A DNA stretch of 64,000 nucleotides from a virus (lineage: Duplodnaviria; Heunggongvirae; Uroviricota; Caudoviricetes): positions 160,001 through 224,000 of the IMG/VR virus record IMGVR_UViG_3300010049_000009; one strand, written 5' to 3'. How positions within the stretch are numbered: position 1 is the stretch's first letter; each line of letters opens with the position of its first letter. The position numbers and the translations under genes are program-made. Of the stretch, positions 10,217 through 19,974 are shown piece by piece. The notes below the pieces were generated by a model. The model was not told where the DNA came from. It was given only the letters and a program-made list of their open reading frames with translations, and did no database searches.

Positions 10217-11193
10217 ATACAATGGGGAAGTGGTTTAGAAAAAATAGAGAAATAGTATTAAAGAGTATATACTCAATACCGATTTGCTTCGCAATAGTAA
10301 TATCGGTATTTCACTGTATAGCGTGGTTTAATATTGCCAACCCCTCACCCTTTGCGATTGCCATGTCAATCGGTTTAGAGGTGGCGGCAGCAACTACACT
10401 AATAGCCCTAATGACAGGGAAAATAACATTCTCAATAATATTAACATTTATTGTGGTCACAATATACCAAATGTTGGGGAACATATTCTTCTCATTTAAT
10501 TTTATAGATGAGAATGGGGAATTGTTTCAAACGTGGGTACAATTTATGACAATAATATTGGGTGAAACTAACACATGGACAACAGAACTACATAAATTTT
10601 GGTTATCTGTTATATCGGGTATTATTGTGCCGGGTCTATCGTTGTTATCATTACACTTAATTGCAACGTTTGAGTTCAAAGAGGATAACCCACCACCAAA
10701 ACAAAAAGTTCCGATAGAAGAAACTGAAACCGAAATTGAAGAGGTGGTTGTGGAAGAAACCCCTGTGGAGGTAATTGAAGATGATATTGTTCAACCCATT
10801 GTTGAAGTAAAGAAAGGAACCCCTGTTATTGAATATCCCATAGCAGTAGAAGAACCCAAAATTGAAGAGGTGGTTGTGGAAGAAACTCCTGTGGAGGTAA
10901 TCGAAGGAGCCCCCGTGATAATAGATGAAGAAATTATTATACCACCTGTAACACCGATTATTATACCCCCTGTTAAGAAGGTGGTAAAAGAAACAAAACC
11001 GGTAAAAGAACCGAAGGTAGTAAAAGATTCGAAGAAAGAAACCACAAAGAAAAATGTGTTAGGTGATCCTAAAATTAAGATTGAAAAGAGCACCAAACCC
11101 GCAATAATAGAACAACCTGTTACAGAAGGTAAAAGTATAAGAAAAATGGGTTTACCTGGATTTAAAGATTATGGTACTAAAAAGGTTACTTAA
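10213..11193 (+). CDS. multi-TM membrane protein with an acidic, Pro-rich tail
   Basis: about four TM helices, then a low-complexity E/V/P/K tail. Confidence 0.65.
   Translation: MNTMGKWFRKNREIVLKSIYSIPICFAIVISVFHCIAWFNIANPSPFAIAMSIGLEVAAATTLIALMTGKITFSIILTFIVVTIYQMLGNIFFSFNFIDENGELFQTWVQFMTIILGETNTWTTELHKFWLSVISGIIVPGLSLLSLHLIATFEFKEDNPPPKQKVPIEETETEIEEVVVEETPVEVIEDDIVQPIVEVKKGTPVIEYPIAVEEPKIEEVVVEETPVEVIEGAPVIIDEEIIIPPVTPIIIPPVKKVVKETKPVKEPKVVKDSKKETTKKNVLGDPKIKIEKSTKPAIIEQPVTEGKSIRKMGLPGFKDYGTKKVT
10733..10906 (+). repeat. 48-nt intragenic direct repeat (IEEVVVEETPVEVIE x2)
   Basis: 10733-10780 and 10859-10906 differ at two positions. Confidence 0.85.
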
Positions 11194-11635
11194 AAGTCTC
11201 CTTAACCTTATTTATAGTCCATTCATTATATAATGTTTTAGCAAATGCATGTAATGCGGTTAAAGCCGTTAAACCATCTTCGCTAACATTGAAATTTTCC
11301 ACGCTAATATGTAGGGGTTCAGTATTTGAAATATCAGTAGTTATTCCGAATTTTAAATTTGAAAGACTTGGTATCACACCGTCTAATGTTATAGTTGATT
11401 TTTCTTTATTAACAACCAAACCATCTTCTTCCATTTTTACATTAGGTATTTTTTGGAGTAATGGATCAATAATTTGATTTTTGACACCAGGATAATTTTG
11501 CTCGTTCACAACAACTTCTTGTGTTGCGTTGTAATCACCCTCATATTCTTCCATCAAACGTTTAGAATTTTTTACATTGATATCACGTATGGTATTTATC
11601 ATACCTCTGAAAACATCTTCTTCTCGGATTCTCAT
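11186..11635 (-). CDS. hypothetical late protein
   Basis: 149-aa ORF with CTATTTATA 15 nt upstream. Confidence 0.65.
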   Translation of the reverse strand: MRIREEDVFRGMINTIRDINVKNSKRLMEEYEGDYNATQEVVVNEQNYPGVKNQIIDPLLQKIPNVKMEEDGLVVNKEKSTITLDGVIPSLSNLKFGITTDISNTEPLHISVENFNVSEDGLTALTALHAFAKTLYNEWTINKVKETFK

Positions 11636-11650
11636 ATTTCTTGTTTTTTA

Positions 11651-11659
11651 TATAAATAG
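11651..11659 (-). promoter_or_regulatory. putative late promoter CTATTTATA
   Basis: recurrent motif on the coding strand. Confidence 0.7.
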
Positions 11660-11691
11660 TTTGAAATATAATTTCAAAAACAGTAAGTTTG
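11660..11691 (+). promoter_or_regulatory. Bacteroidota sigma-A-type promoter (TTTG-N20-TAAGTTTG)
   Basis: consensus -33/-7 elements upstream of the thioredoxin-led gene run. Confidence 0.7.
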
Positions 11692-11727
11692 TAGTAAATA
11701 TTTATAAATTAATAAAATTATTCTAAA

Positions 11728-12018
11728 ATGAGTAAGACAGTATTAAAAATCGGGACTCGTAGTTGTCCACCTTGTCATAGATTGAAACCTATCTTTGAGA
11801 CTTTAAAGGAAGAATTTAACGGAAAAATTAATTTCTTGGAAGTAAGCGATGATGGGGATTATGATTTATTTGAAAAATTTTGTGTAAAGTTTAATATTCG
11901 TGGCGTACCTGTCGTAATAGTTATGGATGGTGCGGAAAATGAATTGGAAAGACTTACCGGCCTGAACAATGTGGATACATACAGAGATGTTATCAAAAAA
12001 CACATTATTGTTAATTAA
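11728..12018 (+). CDS. thioredoxin
   Basis: CPPC active site, FNIRGVP cis-Pro motif, 96 aa. Confidence 0.85.
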   Translation: MSKTVLKIGTRSCPPCHRLKPIFETLKEEFNGKINFLEVSDDGDYDLFEKFCVKFNIRGVPVVIVMDGAENELERLTGLNNVDTYRDVIKKHIIVN

Positions 12019-12019
12019 T

Positions 12020-12784
12020 ATGGAAACGGAAGTAAAAAAAAGAAATTATAGAGGGCGCAAACGCCAAAAACCAACTCCAACAGATCCGGAAACAATAGAC
12101 GTAATCAACACTGTTTTGAAGGAATTTGAGGGAGAGGGGAAACCGAAACCGAAAAGACGGAACAAGCGCAAACCGGCGGCAAGTGAACCCCCAACCCAAC
12201 CGGGTGTCATGTTCACCTCCACCATAACGGCACGAAAACCTATGCGCACCCCCTTCCAATTATTTTATGACGAGGGTATATCAAAAACAGGTTGGGCGGG
12301 ATTATTAATCCCGCTTTTTAAAGAAGTTGAAGAGTGGAATAAAGATAAACCCGAAAACGAACACTTTGTGTTTTCTCAAATTAAAGAGAAATGGGGTTCA
12401 TTAAATTTATATAATTACGGTGCAACCGAAGAACAGTGGAAAAGGGTTAAAATGTGTGAACACGCTTCTAATCATATTTGTATGCGTTGCGGTAGCCCAT
12501 TCAAAGTAGGTCGGACAGGTAATTGGATTACCACATTGTGTGAAATATGTGCTAAAAAAGAAGAAAGGTATCATTGGGAACTCCGATATGATTCAGTTAG
12601 AATCACCCCTATTATTAAAATGGCATTGAAATTACAGAAGTTTGGATTTTGGTATAAAGAAAAATCAAGAAGATTATTTTATCGCTTGGCAGTGCGTTGG
12701 GGTTATGTGAGGTTTTTTTGGACACATTACATATTAAGGAGTGATAAGTTAGATAAAACAATGTTTAATTATAAAAAGTATTGA
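12020..12784 (+). CDS. hypothetical protein with QIKEKWG motif and CxxC/CxxC zinc finger
   Basis: basic N-terminus; QIKEKWGSLNLY; CMRC...CEIC; ATG at 12020 preferred over the GTG at 11969. Confidence 0.65.
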   Translation: METEVKKRNYRGRKRQKPTPTDPETIDVINTVLKEFEGEGKPKPKRRNKRKPAASEPPTQPGVMFTSTITARKPMRTPFQLFYDEGISKTGWAGLLIPLFKEVEEWNKDKPENEHFVFSQIKEKWGSLNLYNYGATEEQWKRVKMCEHASNHICMRCGSPFKVGRTGNWITTLCEICAKKEERYHWELRYDSVRITPIIKMALKLQKFGFWYKEKSRRLFYRLAVRWGYVRFFWTHYILRSDKLDKTMFNYKKY

Positions 12785-12785
12785 C

Positions 12786-13553
12786 ATGAATAAGAATGTA
12801 GTATTAAGTGATTTAAGTAGAATTTGCTTCGTAGATATAGAAACTGTTGGACAAAAAATTGATATTGAAAACAACCCAATATTAAGAGAGTTTATCAAAA
12901 AGAAATATAAACTTGAAACTGAAAGCGAAGTAACTAACGAAAGTGTTTTATTACAAGGTGGTCTTTATCCTGAAACCGGTAAAATCATTTGTATTAGTGT
13001 AGGTGTTTTCAACGGTGAGAATTTTAGAGTTAAATCTTTCTATGGTGATGAAGAAGTGGATTTGTTGAAAGATTTTGTGAACATGTTGGAAACAAATAAT
13101 TTTTCATTAAAATATACTCTTTGTGGTCATAATATCGAAGGGTTCGATATTCCGTTCATTGCGAAACGCTGTATCTTGAATGGTATTAAAATACCATTTG
13201 TACTGAACATAATGACCAAGAAGGAGTGGGATTATAACTTCATTGATACAATGAAATTATGGGCGTTTGGTGACACTTACAATAATCGCATTTCTCTGAA
13301 AGTGGCGTGTGAAATATTTGGTATCCCAACAAGTAAGTCGGATATTGATGGTTCCCAAGTATCACAGGTCTATTACCAATCTTTGTTTACACAATCCATT
13401 GCTAAACCAAGTGCGAAAGATAAACAAGCGCATGAAGAAGATTTGAACCGCATTGCCAAGTACTGTGAATCCGATGTTGTAGCAACCGCTCGTCTATTCC
13501 AAAAAATAACCCAAAATGGGTATCTAAAAGACGAAAACATTTTAATACGATAA
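12786..13553 (+). CDS. stand-alone DEDDy 3'-5' exonuclease (PolB exo2-like)
   Basis: FVDIET (Exo I), GHNIEGFDIPF (Exo II), YCESDV (Exo III). Confidence 0.85.
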   Translation: MNKNVVLSDLSRICFVDIETVGQKIDIENNPILREFIKKKYKLETESEVTNESVLLQGGLYPETGKIICISVGVFNGENFRVKSFYGDEEVDLLKDFVNMLETNNFSLKYTLCGHNIEGFDIPFIAKRCILNGIKIPFVLNIMTKKEWDYNFIDTMKLWAFGDTYNNRISLKVACEIFGIPTSKSDIDGSQVSQVYYQSLFTQSIAKPSAKDKQAHEEDLNRIAKYCESDVVATARLFQKITQNGYLKDENILIR

Positions 13554-13559
13554 ACGGAT

Positions 13560-13781
13560 ATGGAAATTCGAGATATAATTGAAAATAATTCAATGGAAAG
13601 AACATTTAATTACCTTGAACCAAAAGGAATGACAGCAGAAGAGTTTTCGGTAGAAATGAATAGGTTATTAGGTGAGTTTTGCGACCATTTTGTTTGTAAT
13701 CTTTTTGAAATACGCAAACCATTTCAACAGTGGTTACAATTTTTCAATGAAAAATATAAAACTGACGAATATAATAGATAA
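13560..13781 (+). CDS. hypothetical protein
   Basis: 73-aa ORF in a tightly packed run. Confidence 0.55.
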   Translation: MEIRDIIENNSMERTFNYLEPKGMTAEEFSVEMNRLLGEFCDHFVCNLFEIRKPFQQWLQFFNEKYKTDEYNR

Positions 13782-14173
13782 TGGAAGAATTTGTAGTATA
13801 TGTAGATTATATAGGTAAAGACGGCACAGGGTTACATATTTACGAACTGTATCTTGCCAAAGACCCTTCGTTGGTATTCGGAGATTATTGGAATGTCCTT
13901 CCAATAGGACAGTGTTCAAAGGATCAAAAGAAACCCCATGAATCTACTATTGACAATAAAATCGAAATACGATTACCCATACTATTAAAATTAGCACAGA
14001 ATAACAATTCATTATCAATGACTGACGTTACCGATAATATATTAGCACTGTGTTGGGAGGATTTATCATATTACGAAGAATATCCCGAATATCGTTTGGT
14101 ATTAAATTATGGTGAAAGCATAGAAAGTGTTAAAGATAAACTTAATAAAAAATTGGAATCTTATGGTAAATAG
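13781..14173 (+). CDS. hypothetical protein
   Basis: 130-aa ORF; start overlaps the upstream stop. Confidence 0.65.
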   Translation: MEEFVVYVDYIGKDGTGLHIYELYLAKDPSLVFGDYWNVLPIGQCSKDQKKPHESTIDNKIEIRLPILLKLAQNNNSLSMTDVTDNILALCWEDLSYYEEYPEYRLVLNYGESIESVKDKLNKKLESYGK

Positions 14174-14948
14174 TGAAAATATAGTAACAGCAAAGGGTTT
14201 AGATGATTTCACAAATACCCTTATGTGGATGAGCGCAAGATATTGGTTGTCGGCTGACGAAAAAACAGAATTGGAACCCGATTACCCACATAAAATGTGT
14301 GCAAGATATTGGTCTCAAATGTCGAATTTTCAACGACACAGACTCACAATAGATGTAAACCGTGAAAGGGAATATGATTGGGGAAACATAGAACGTTGTG
14401 ATAGATTACTCGGAGAATACAAAAGTTCAAAATGCAATGTGTTTGTTCCATTTCTTAAATGTGATGATTTTGAATTTACAATGATTAGAATGGCGATTTT
14501 ATATGCCTGTGGGCGGCGAACAATAGCAAGCGGTTCATTACCCCACGAAATCATCAAATATCGTTATAAATTTCTATCAGCAGAACAAAAAGCAATTATC
14601 GTTGAAGATTTAACAGGATATTTGGATCGAGTTGAAAAATTAGGTGGAAGGGTGTTCGGCGATAGATTTATTGACGATAAAACGTGGCAAAAGTTTATGG
14701 CGGCATTAGATGTTAATCGTCATTTTGTGGTAATAGCACAAACTCCAAATAGTGATAAACCAAGTGAAAAAATCACTTGTTTTAGGTGTCTTGTAACCAA
14801 TGAACGTTGGAATGAGGGGTTGACTGAACGTATAGTAGTCAATGAAGAGGTTGTTTACCCATTAGATATGTATTTAGACATAAATACAGAATATTGTGAA
14901 ATTTTCATACCAACCGAAAATATCATAAATGAAATCAACATTTGCTAA
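14163..14948 (+). CDS. hypothetical protein
   Basis: ORF in an operon-like run; ATG at 14163. Confidence 0.65.
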   Translation: MVNSENIVTAKGLDDFTNTLMWMSARYWLSADEKTELEPDYPHKMCARYWSQMSNFQRHRLTIDVNREREYDWGNIERCDRLLGEYKSSKCNVFVPFLKCDDFEFTMIRMAILYACGRRTIASGSLPHEIIKYRYKFLSAEQKAIIVEDLTGYLDRVEKLGGRVFGDRFIDDKTWQKFMAALDVNRHFVVIAQTPNSDKPSEKITCFRCLVTNERWNEGLTERIVVNEEVVYPLDMYLDINTEYCEIFIPTENIINEINIC

Positions 14949-15057
14949 AATTTGTAATTGTTGCGGAAATGTGATATGTTACGCCGAAAAACCATTTGAA
15001 ATAGGATGGAAATTTGTTTGTATAAAATGTTTAACAAAAAAAAGTAAAAAGAAATGA
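14929..15057 (+). CDS. small zinc-finger protein (42 aa, not in the ORF track)
   Basis: MKSTFAKICNCCGNVICYAEKPFEIGWKFVCIKCLTKKSKKK; ATGA overlap with the next gene. Confidence 0.55.
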   Translation: MKSTFAKICNCCGNVICYAEKPFEIGWKFVCIKCLTKKSKKK

Positions 15058-15428
15058 GTAAAAGATTAATAGGTAGATATAATATTCCGTTGGGAGAACT
15101 TAAAGTTGGGTATACATATATCATAAGAGATACTTCCACAAACACCTTAACATTACATGAATATTGTATTGAGGATAAACGTAAGAATGTTATTTTGGTT
15201 CGTGTTAATCCCAAAACAGGTAATTGTTTACAGTGGAAAAAAAAGGATACGATAACATACCAAATCATTGATTTTTGGAAAACGGAAGTTCCACTTGTAC
15301 CAACCACTGAAACGGAATCGGAAAACGAATTAGATACATGGAGTTATTTTTCCGCCGCCGGCAAAGAAAAAATAACTGAATTTTTTGCAAACAACCCAAA
15401 CTTCCCCAATAACACTAATAACGAATAA
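15054..15428 (+). CDS. hypothetical protein
   Basis: 124-aa ORF with overlapping start/stop junctions. Confidence 0.6.
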   Translation: MSKRLIGRYNIPLGELKVGYTYIIRDTSTNTLTLHEYCIEDKRKNVILVRVNPKTGNCLQWKKKDTITYQIIDFWKTEVPLVPTTETESENELDTWSYFSAAGKEKITEFFANNPNFPNNTNNE

Positions 15429-16231
15429 TGGGAAAAATATTAAATGACAAGTATTATACGCCACCCGAACTTGCTGAACGATTAACCAACAAAGCGTTGG
15501 ATATTATTGGTAGAGCAAATGTTAGTGAAATAATCGAACCGGCAGCAGGAAATGGTTCATTTCACAACTTATTTCGTGTGTATAAAGCATACGATATAGA
15601 ACCCGAATCAGATTATGTAACCAAACAAGATTACCTAACTCTCGAAGAAGAATATAAAAAGGGGCGTTTGTATCTTGGTAATCCACCATTCGGTAGTCGA
15701 AATTTATTATCATTGAAATTTCTTAAAAAGAATATGTTGTATGGCGACCATATCGCATACATTCAACCTATTCAAATGTTGGGTGGTTCATTAGTATTCT
15801 ATGAGTTTGATTTACTCCATTCCGAAGATTTGGGGGTTGTGGATTATAGCGGTGTAAAATTACATTGTTGTTTCAACGTGTGGACAAGACCTAAAAGCAC
15901 TAATCTAAATCCCAAACCTGATTTCAGATTAAAAGATGTAGTGATAAAAGAATCAAGAAGAAATTCAACACATGCCACCATTGATAAAATACCACCCGGA
16001 TTTGATTACACAATGTGTAATTGGGGGTCAGGTACATTAGGAAAAGTCCCTGAATTTGTTGGACAATACGCCCAAGAAGTGTATTTTTATCTTAATGATA
16101 AAAGTAAATTAGAATTACTAAAAGAGTTGTTGGAATTTAATAAAATCAGAGAGCAGTGTAAAAATATTTCAATGAAAAGAATGTGTGTTGCACGTATATA
16201 TAAATATTTAGGTGAAAACGGATTTAATTAA
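15428..16231 (+). CDS. N6-adenine DNA methyltransferase
   Basis: DKYYTP, IIEPAAGNGSF SAM motif, GNPPFG catalytic motif. Confidence 0.85.
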   Translation: MGKILNDKYYTPPELAERLTNKALDIIGRANVSEIIEPAAGNGSFHNLFRVYKAYDIEPESDYVTKQDYLTLEEEYKKGRLYLGNPPFGSRNLLSLKFLKKNMLYGDHIAYIQPIQMLGGSLVFYEFDLLHSEDLGVVDYSGVKLHCCFNVWTRPKSTNLNPKPDFRLKDVVIKESRRNSTHATIDKIPPGFDYTMCNWGSGTLGKVPEFVGQYAQEVYFYLNDKSKLELLKELLEFNKIREQCKNISMKRMCVARIYKYLGENGFN

Positions 16232-16239
16232 AAAGTAAA

Positions 16240-16815
16240 ATGGCAAAAAATATTGGTTATTTGACCAGCGGAAGAACAGTCGAAAGTGATGAGGTATATA
16301 CACCGGAATATGTTGTGTACGCTATCGAAAAATTTATCAGGGGTAATAAATCTTTTACAAAGATATTATGCCCATTTGATAAAGACGTACATGCTTTTCC
16401 AACGGTTTTGAGAAAATTGGGATACCAAGTTATCAACACCCACTTCAACCCACAAACCGGTGAAGGTAAAAATTTCTTCGATTACACAAAAGAAGATATG
16501 GTGAGAATGGATATTAGATATATAATTTCAAACCCACCATTTTCTATCAAAGACGATGTGTTAAGACACTGTGAAGAATTGGATGTTCCATACGCACTGT
16601 TATTACCATTACCAACACTTCAATCGAATAGACGTTTTCAAGACGTATTTAGCAGAGGTAAAACACAAGTACTAATATTTGATAAGAGAATACCCTATTC
16701 AACAAGAACTAAAACGTGGCAGGAAATGTCAGGAAACCACTTTGCAAGTATCTTTATTTGTAAAAACGTGTTACCACAACCACTTGTTTTTGACGAATTA
16801 ATTGTTAGAAAATGA
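16240..16815 (+). CDS. small adenine DNA methyltransferase-like protein
   Basis: DEVYTP, ILCPFD, ISNPPFS. Confidence 0.75.
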   Translation: MAKNIGYLTSGRTVESDEVYTPEYVVYAIEKFIRGNKSFTKILCPFDKDVHAFPTVLRKLGYQVINTHFNPQTGEGKNFFDYTKEDMVRMDIRYIISNPPFSIKDDVLRHCEELDVPYALLLPLPTLQSNRRFQDVFSRGKTQVLIFDKRIPYSTRTKTWQEMSGNHFASIFICKNVLPQPLVFDELIVRK

Positions 16816-16830
16816 AAGCAGAAACAAATA

Positions 16831-16853
16831 AGGATCGGAATAATATTGTGTAA
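16831..16853 (+). promoter_or_regulatory. AGGATCGGA...TGTAA intergenic motif (copy 1)
   Basis: the same 9-mer lies upstream of three + strand transcription units. Confidence 0.5.
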
Positions 16854-16881
16854 TTATTTTACTAAATAAAATTAAAATAAA

Positions 16882-18015
16882 ATGAAACTTTTAGAAAAAT
16901 TAATAACAGACATTACAAATGTCAATTGGGATGAGGTTGAAAAGATACCCGAATTTCAAAAACTGAATGAAGGTGGTTATCACGCCGAATGGCATCGTGA
17001 GGGTAGTTCTATGGATCACACTAAATTAGTGGTTAAAACGTGTCAAGATTATATCGAACAACACCCTGATGAACTTTCGGTTTTTGAACGGTGGATTCTA
17101 ATTGCTGCTTCATTATTTCACGATATTGGTAAAGGAAAAGTCGCCAAGTTAAAAGAGGATGGTAATTGGTCTGCACCATATCACGCCGCCGAAGGTGAGC
17201 GTCTTACACGATATTTGCTATGGGATGAACCATTTTTCATAAGAGAAAAAATATGTGGATTGGTTAAATACCACATGAAACCAAAATACTATCGCTTTAA
17301 AAGGGATGACGAAAACGATAGAACCTTTACTGAAATCTTCAACAATTCGGATTGTCGTCTATTGTACTACCTTAATCTATTTGATTCAATGGGTGCAGAT
17401 TCTATTGACAACGAACTTGAAGTTCAACACTGTCAAACATTCAAACAATACGTTAAGGATATGGGATTTTGGGGTGAAAGACCTCTTTATTCTGAACCCC
17501 CCGCAAGAGATTTTCATATCATTATGTTGTGTGGTGTTGCCGGCGCAGGTAAGACGAGCAAATACAAAGATAGATACGAAAAAATGGGTTATGAATTAGT
17601 ATCTCGTGATATTATTCGACAAGAATTGGGAATGGTTGATAAAGACGGTAAGTTTAAAGGTAATAAAGACCAAGAACAAAAAGTAACGAATATTGAACAC
17701 AAACGTATAATAGAATTGTGTGAGCAGAAGAAAAATTTTGTATCAGACAATCTCTTCATACGAAAGAAATATCGTGACGAATTTATTAAAATGGTATCAC
17801 CATATAAACCACTTATCGAAATTATCTATGTTGAAACATTGAAACATGCCCACCTTTTTAGAAGAGAAGGGCAAATACATCCAAATACCATTCTGAATAT
17901 GATGAAGGAAATGGATTTACCATACCCAACAGAAACAGACGTGGTTATTTATACTCGAAACGGTGATGATGGTGAACCACCAACAGAAGAAAAAGAAAAT
18001 GAGCACAACAGTTAA
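16882..18015 (+). CDS. HD-domain phosphohydrolase fused to a P-loop polynucleotide kinase-like domain
   Basis: WHREG...HT, LFHDIGK, YHM; C-terminal MLCGVAGAGKT and SRDIIR. Confidence 0.8.
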   Translation: MKLLEKLITDITNVNWDEVEKIPEFQKLNEGGYHAEWHREGSSMDHTKLVVKTCQDYIEQHPDELSVFERWILIAASLFHDIGKGKVAKLKEDGNWSAPYHAAEGERLTRYLLWDEPFFIREKICGLVKYHMKPKYYRFKRDDENDRTFTEIFNNSDCRLLYYLNLFDSMGADSIDNELEVQHCQTFKQYVKDMGFWGERPLYSEPPARDFHIIMLCGVAGAGKTSKYKDRYEKMGYELVSRDIIRQELGMVDKDGKFKGNKDQEQKVTNIEHKRIIELCEQKKNFVSDNLFIRKKYRDEFIKMVSPYKPLIEIIYVETLKHAHLFRREGQIHPNTILNMMKEMDLPYPTETDVVIYTRNGDDGEPPTEEKENEHNS

Positions 18016-18100
18016 TGTACTTATTGCGTTAGCACCCTTTATAATAGCGACAATATTCGGTATAATAATGAGCATAAAAGCAAGTAAAAACGAAAATTAA
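17999..18100 (+). CDS. small single-TM protein (33 aa, not in the ORF track)
   Basis: MSTTVNVLIALAPFIIATIFGIIMSIKASKNEN fills the gap between genes. Confidence 0.45.
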   Translation: MSTTVNVLIALAPFIIATIFGIIMSIKASKNEN

Positions 18101-18112
18101 TAAAATAAAAAA

Positions 18113-18421
18113 ATGGTTGATAATTATGTAATAGGATTTATTTTTGGTATGATAGGCACATTTGCTTATGTTATGTTCTTACTTTTTGTTGGTGATGATT
18201 CAATAGATTGGAAAAAAAGAAAACCACGTAAGAATAATTACAATAGGGATTTTATAATAAAAATTAGTTATTACCTCCAAGACGGTACTATTGAAAAAGT
18301 AGATTATCATATTGCAAAGAGGTATGTGTGTGATCGAGGTTTTGAGGTTTCCGATGATACAGCAAAAACCTATATCTATTATGAAAGAGCAAATAATGTA
18401 GAATGGAAACTAATTAAATAG
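18113..18421 (+). CDS. membrane-anchored hypothetical protein
   Basis: N-terminal TM helix, 102 aa. Confidence 0.6.
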   Translation: MVDNYVIGFIFGMIGTFAYVMFLLFVGDDSIDWKKRKPRKNNYNRDFIIKISYYLQDGTIEKVDYHIAKRYVCDRGFEVSDDTAKTYIYYERANNVEWKLIK

Positions 18422-18428
18422 TTGAAAA

Positions 18429-19487
18429 ATGACAATTGATTACATTAAAAATAATAATTTACTACTATTTGAATGTATCAGTGGTAGTAACGCATACGGA
18501 TTAAACACACCCGAATCAGATACGGATATTCGGGGTGTTTTCTATTTACCCAAAGACAAGTTTTATGGGTTACATTATGTACAACAGGTAGAAGATGAAA
18601 AAAAGGATGTGGTGTATTACGAATTGGGTAGATTTGTTGAACTGTTGTTGAAAAACAACCCCAACATGTTGGAATTATTGGCAACCCCCGAAGATTGTGT
18701 ATTATATCGTGATCCTATTATGGATAATCTGACGGTTGATATGTTTTTATCGAAGTTGTGTAAAAACACATTTGCGGGTTATGCAATATCTCAAATTCAA
18801 AAGGCACGAGGATTGAATAAAAAAATTCTCAATCCTATGTCGAAAGAGAGAAAATCCATACTTGATTTCTGTTATGTTCTACATGATTATGGTGGTTCCA
18901 TACCACTTGAAAAATGGTTATCACTTCGTGGTTTTAAACAAGAAGATTGTGGTCTTGCAAATATAAATCACATAAAAGATTTCTTTGATTTGTACCATTG
19001 GAATATGGGTACTTTTAGAGGGATTATGTCTTGTCCAAACGCCAATGAAGTTGCTCTTTCTTCTATACCCAAAGGTATGACTCCTCAAAATAGGTTGTAC
19101 TTTAATCGGAACGGATATTCCACATATTGTAAAGAATATAAAGAGTATTGGGAATGGGTTGAAAAACGAAGTGAAGTTCGGTTTAATAACACATTATCAC
19201 ACGGTAAGAGGTATGACGCTAAGAACATGATGCACACAATCAGGTTATTACAACAATCAGAAGAAATATTATCTAATGGCAATCTGATTGTTCGTGTACC
19301 TAATCGTGTGGAGTTGTTGGCAATCAGACGTGGTGAAGCAGAATATGACGACCTGGTAAATCGTGCAAAGGAAATGATTGAGCGAATAGATGGTTTGTAC
19401 AATACAAGTACATTGCAAGAAACACCACATGTTGAGTTTATTGAAAATGTTTTAATTCATATGCGAGAAACTTTGTACGAATGTTAG
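18429..19487 (+). CDS. Pol-beta superfamily nucleotidyltransferase (RlaP/Nuc-transf-like)
   Basis: ISGSNAYGLNTPESDTDIRGVF, KNNPNMLE, YDAKNMMHTIRLL, LLAIRRG. Confidence 0.85.
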   Translation: MTIDYIKNNNLLLFECISGSNAYGLNTPESDTDIRGVFYLPKDKFYGLHYVQQVEDEKKDVVYYELGRFVELLLKNNPNMLELLATPEDCVLYRDPIMDNLTVDMFLSKLCKNTFAGYAISQIQKARGLNKKILNPMSKERKSILDFCYVLHDYGGSIPLEKWLSLRGFKQEDCGLANINHIKDFFDLYHWNMGTFRGIMSCPNANEVALSSIPKGMTPQNRLYFNRNGYSTYCKEYKEYWEWVEKRSEVRFNNTLSHGKRYDAKNMMHTIRLLQQSEEILSNGNLIVRVPNRVELLAIRRGEAEYDDLVNRAKEMIERIDGLYNTSTLQETPHVEFIENVLIHMRETLYEC

Positions 19488-19768
19488 AAATAAAGAAACA
19501 AAATAATGCGGTGCATATTTGGCACAAAGATGGCACATATATTGGTTCAGCAAACGAAATTGAACTAATGGAGTTTCGTTGTCAAATTAAAGAAGAGTGT
19601 GTGGAGGGGTATTTTTTAACAATAGAACCTTGGATAAACGATACCCCATACAATATCAATAAGTACGGAAAAATAGTAAACCCCGATGATAGATACATAG
19701 AACACATTGAGGTATATGATGAATTGTTAAATCGCTATCTTAATTTAGGTAAATACGAATTGAAATAA
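19481..19768 (+). CDS. hypothetical protein
   Basis: 95-aa ORF overlapping its neighbours. Confidence 0.6.
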   Translation: MLEIKKQNNAVHIWHKDGTYIGSANEIELMEFRCQIKEECVEGYFLTIEPWINDTPYNINKYGKIVNPDDRYIEHIEVYDELLNRYLNLGKYELK

Positions 19769-19974
19769 TGTTTAGATTAAACGAACAGAGTAAGGCTTCA
19801 ATAGAAAGAGCAACAGGTATTCCGTATAACGATATACTGAATATGGATATAGAAACAATAGAACGTATTGTTGAAAAAAAAATTGGTAAAAAATTGAAAT
19901 TTACTGACGATGGGTTAATGGATTTTGATATTGCAGCGTTGGATAATTATATTGATAGTCTACCTATCCATTAA
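19768..19974 (+). CDS. hypothetical protein
   Basis: 68-aa ORF with a TAATG junction. Confidence 0.55.
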   Translation: MFRLNEQSKASIERATGIPYNDILNMDIETIERIVEKKIGKKLKFTDDGLMDFDIAALDNYIDSLPIH

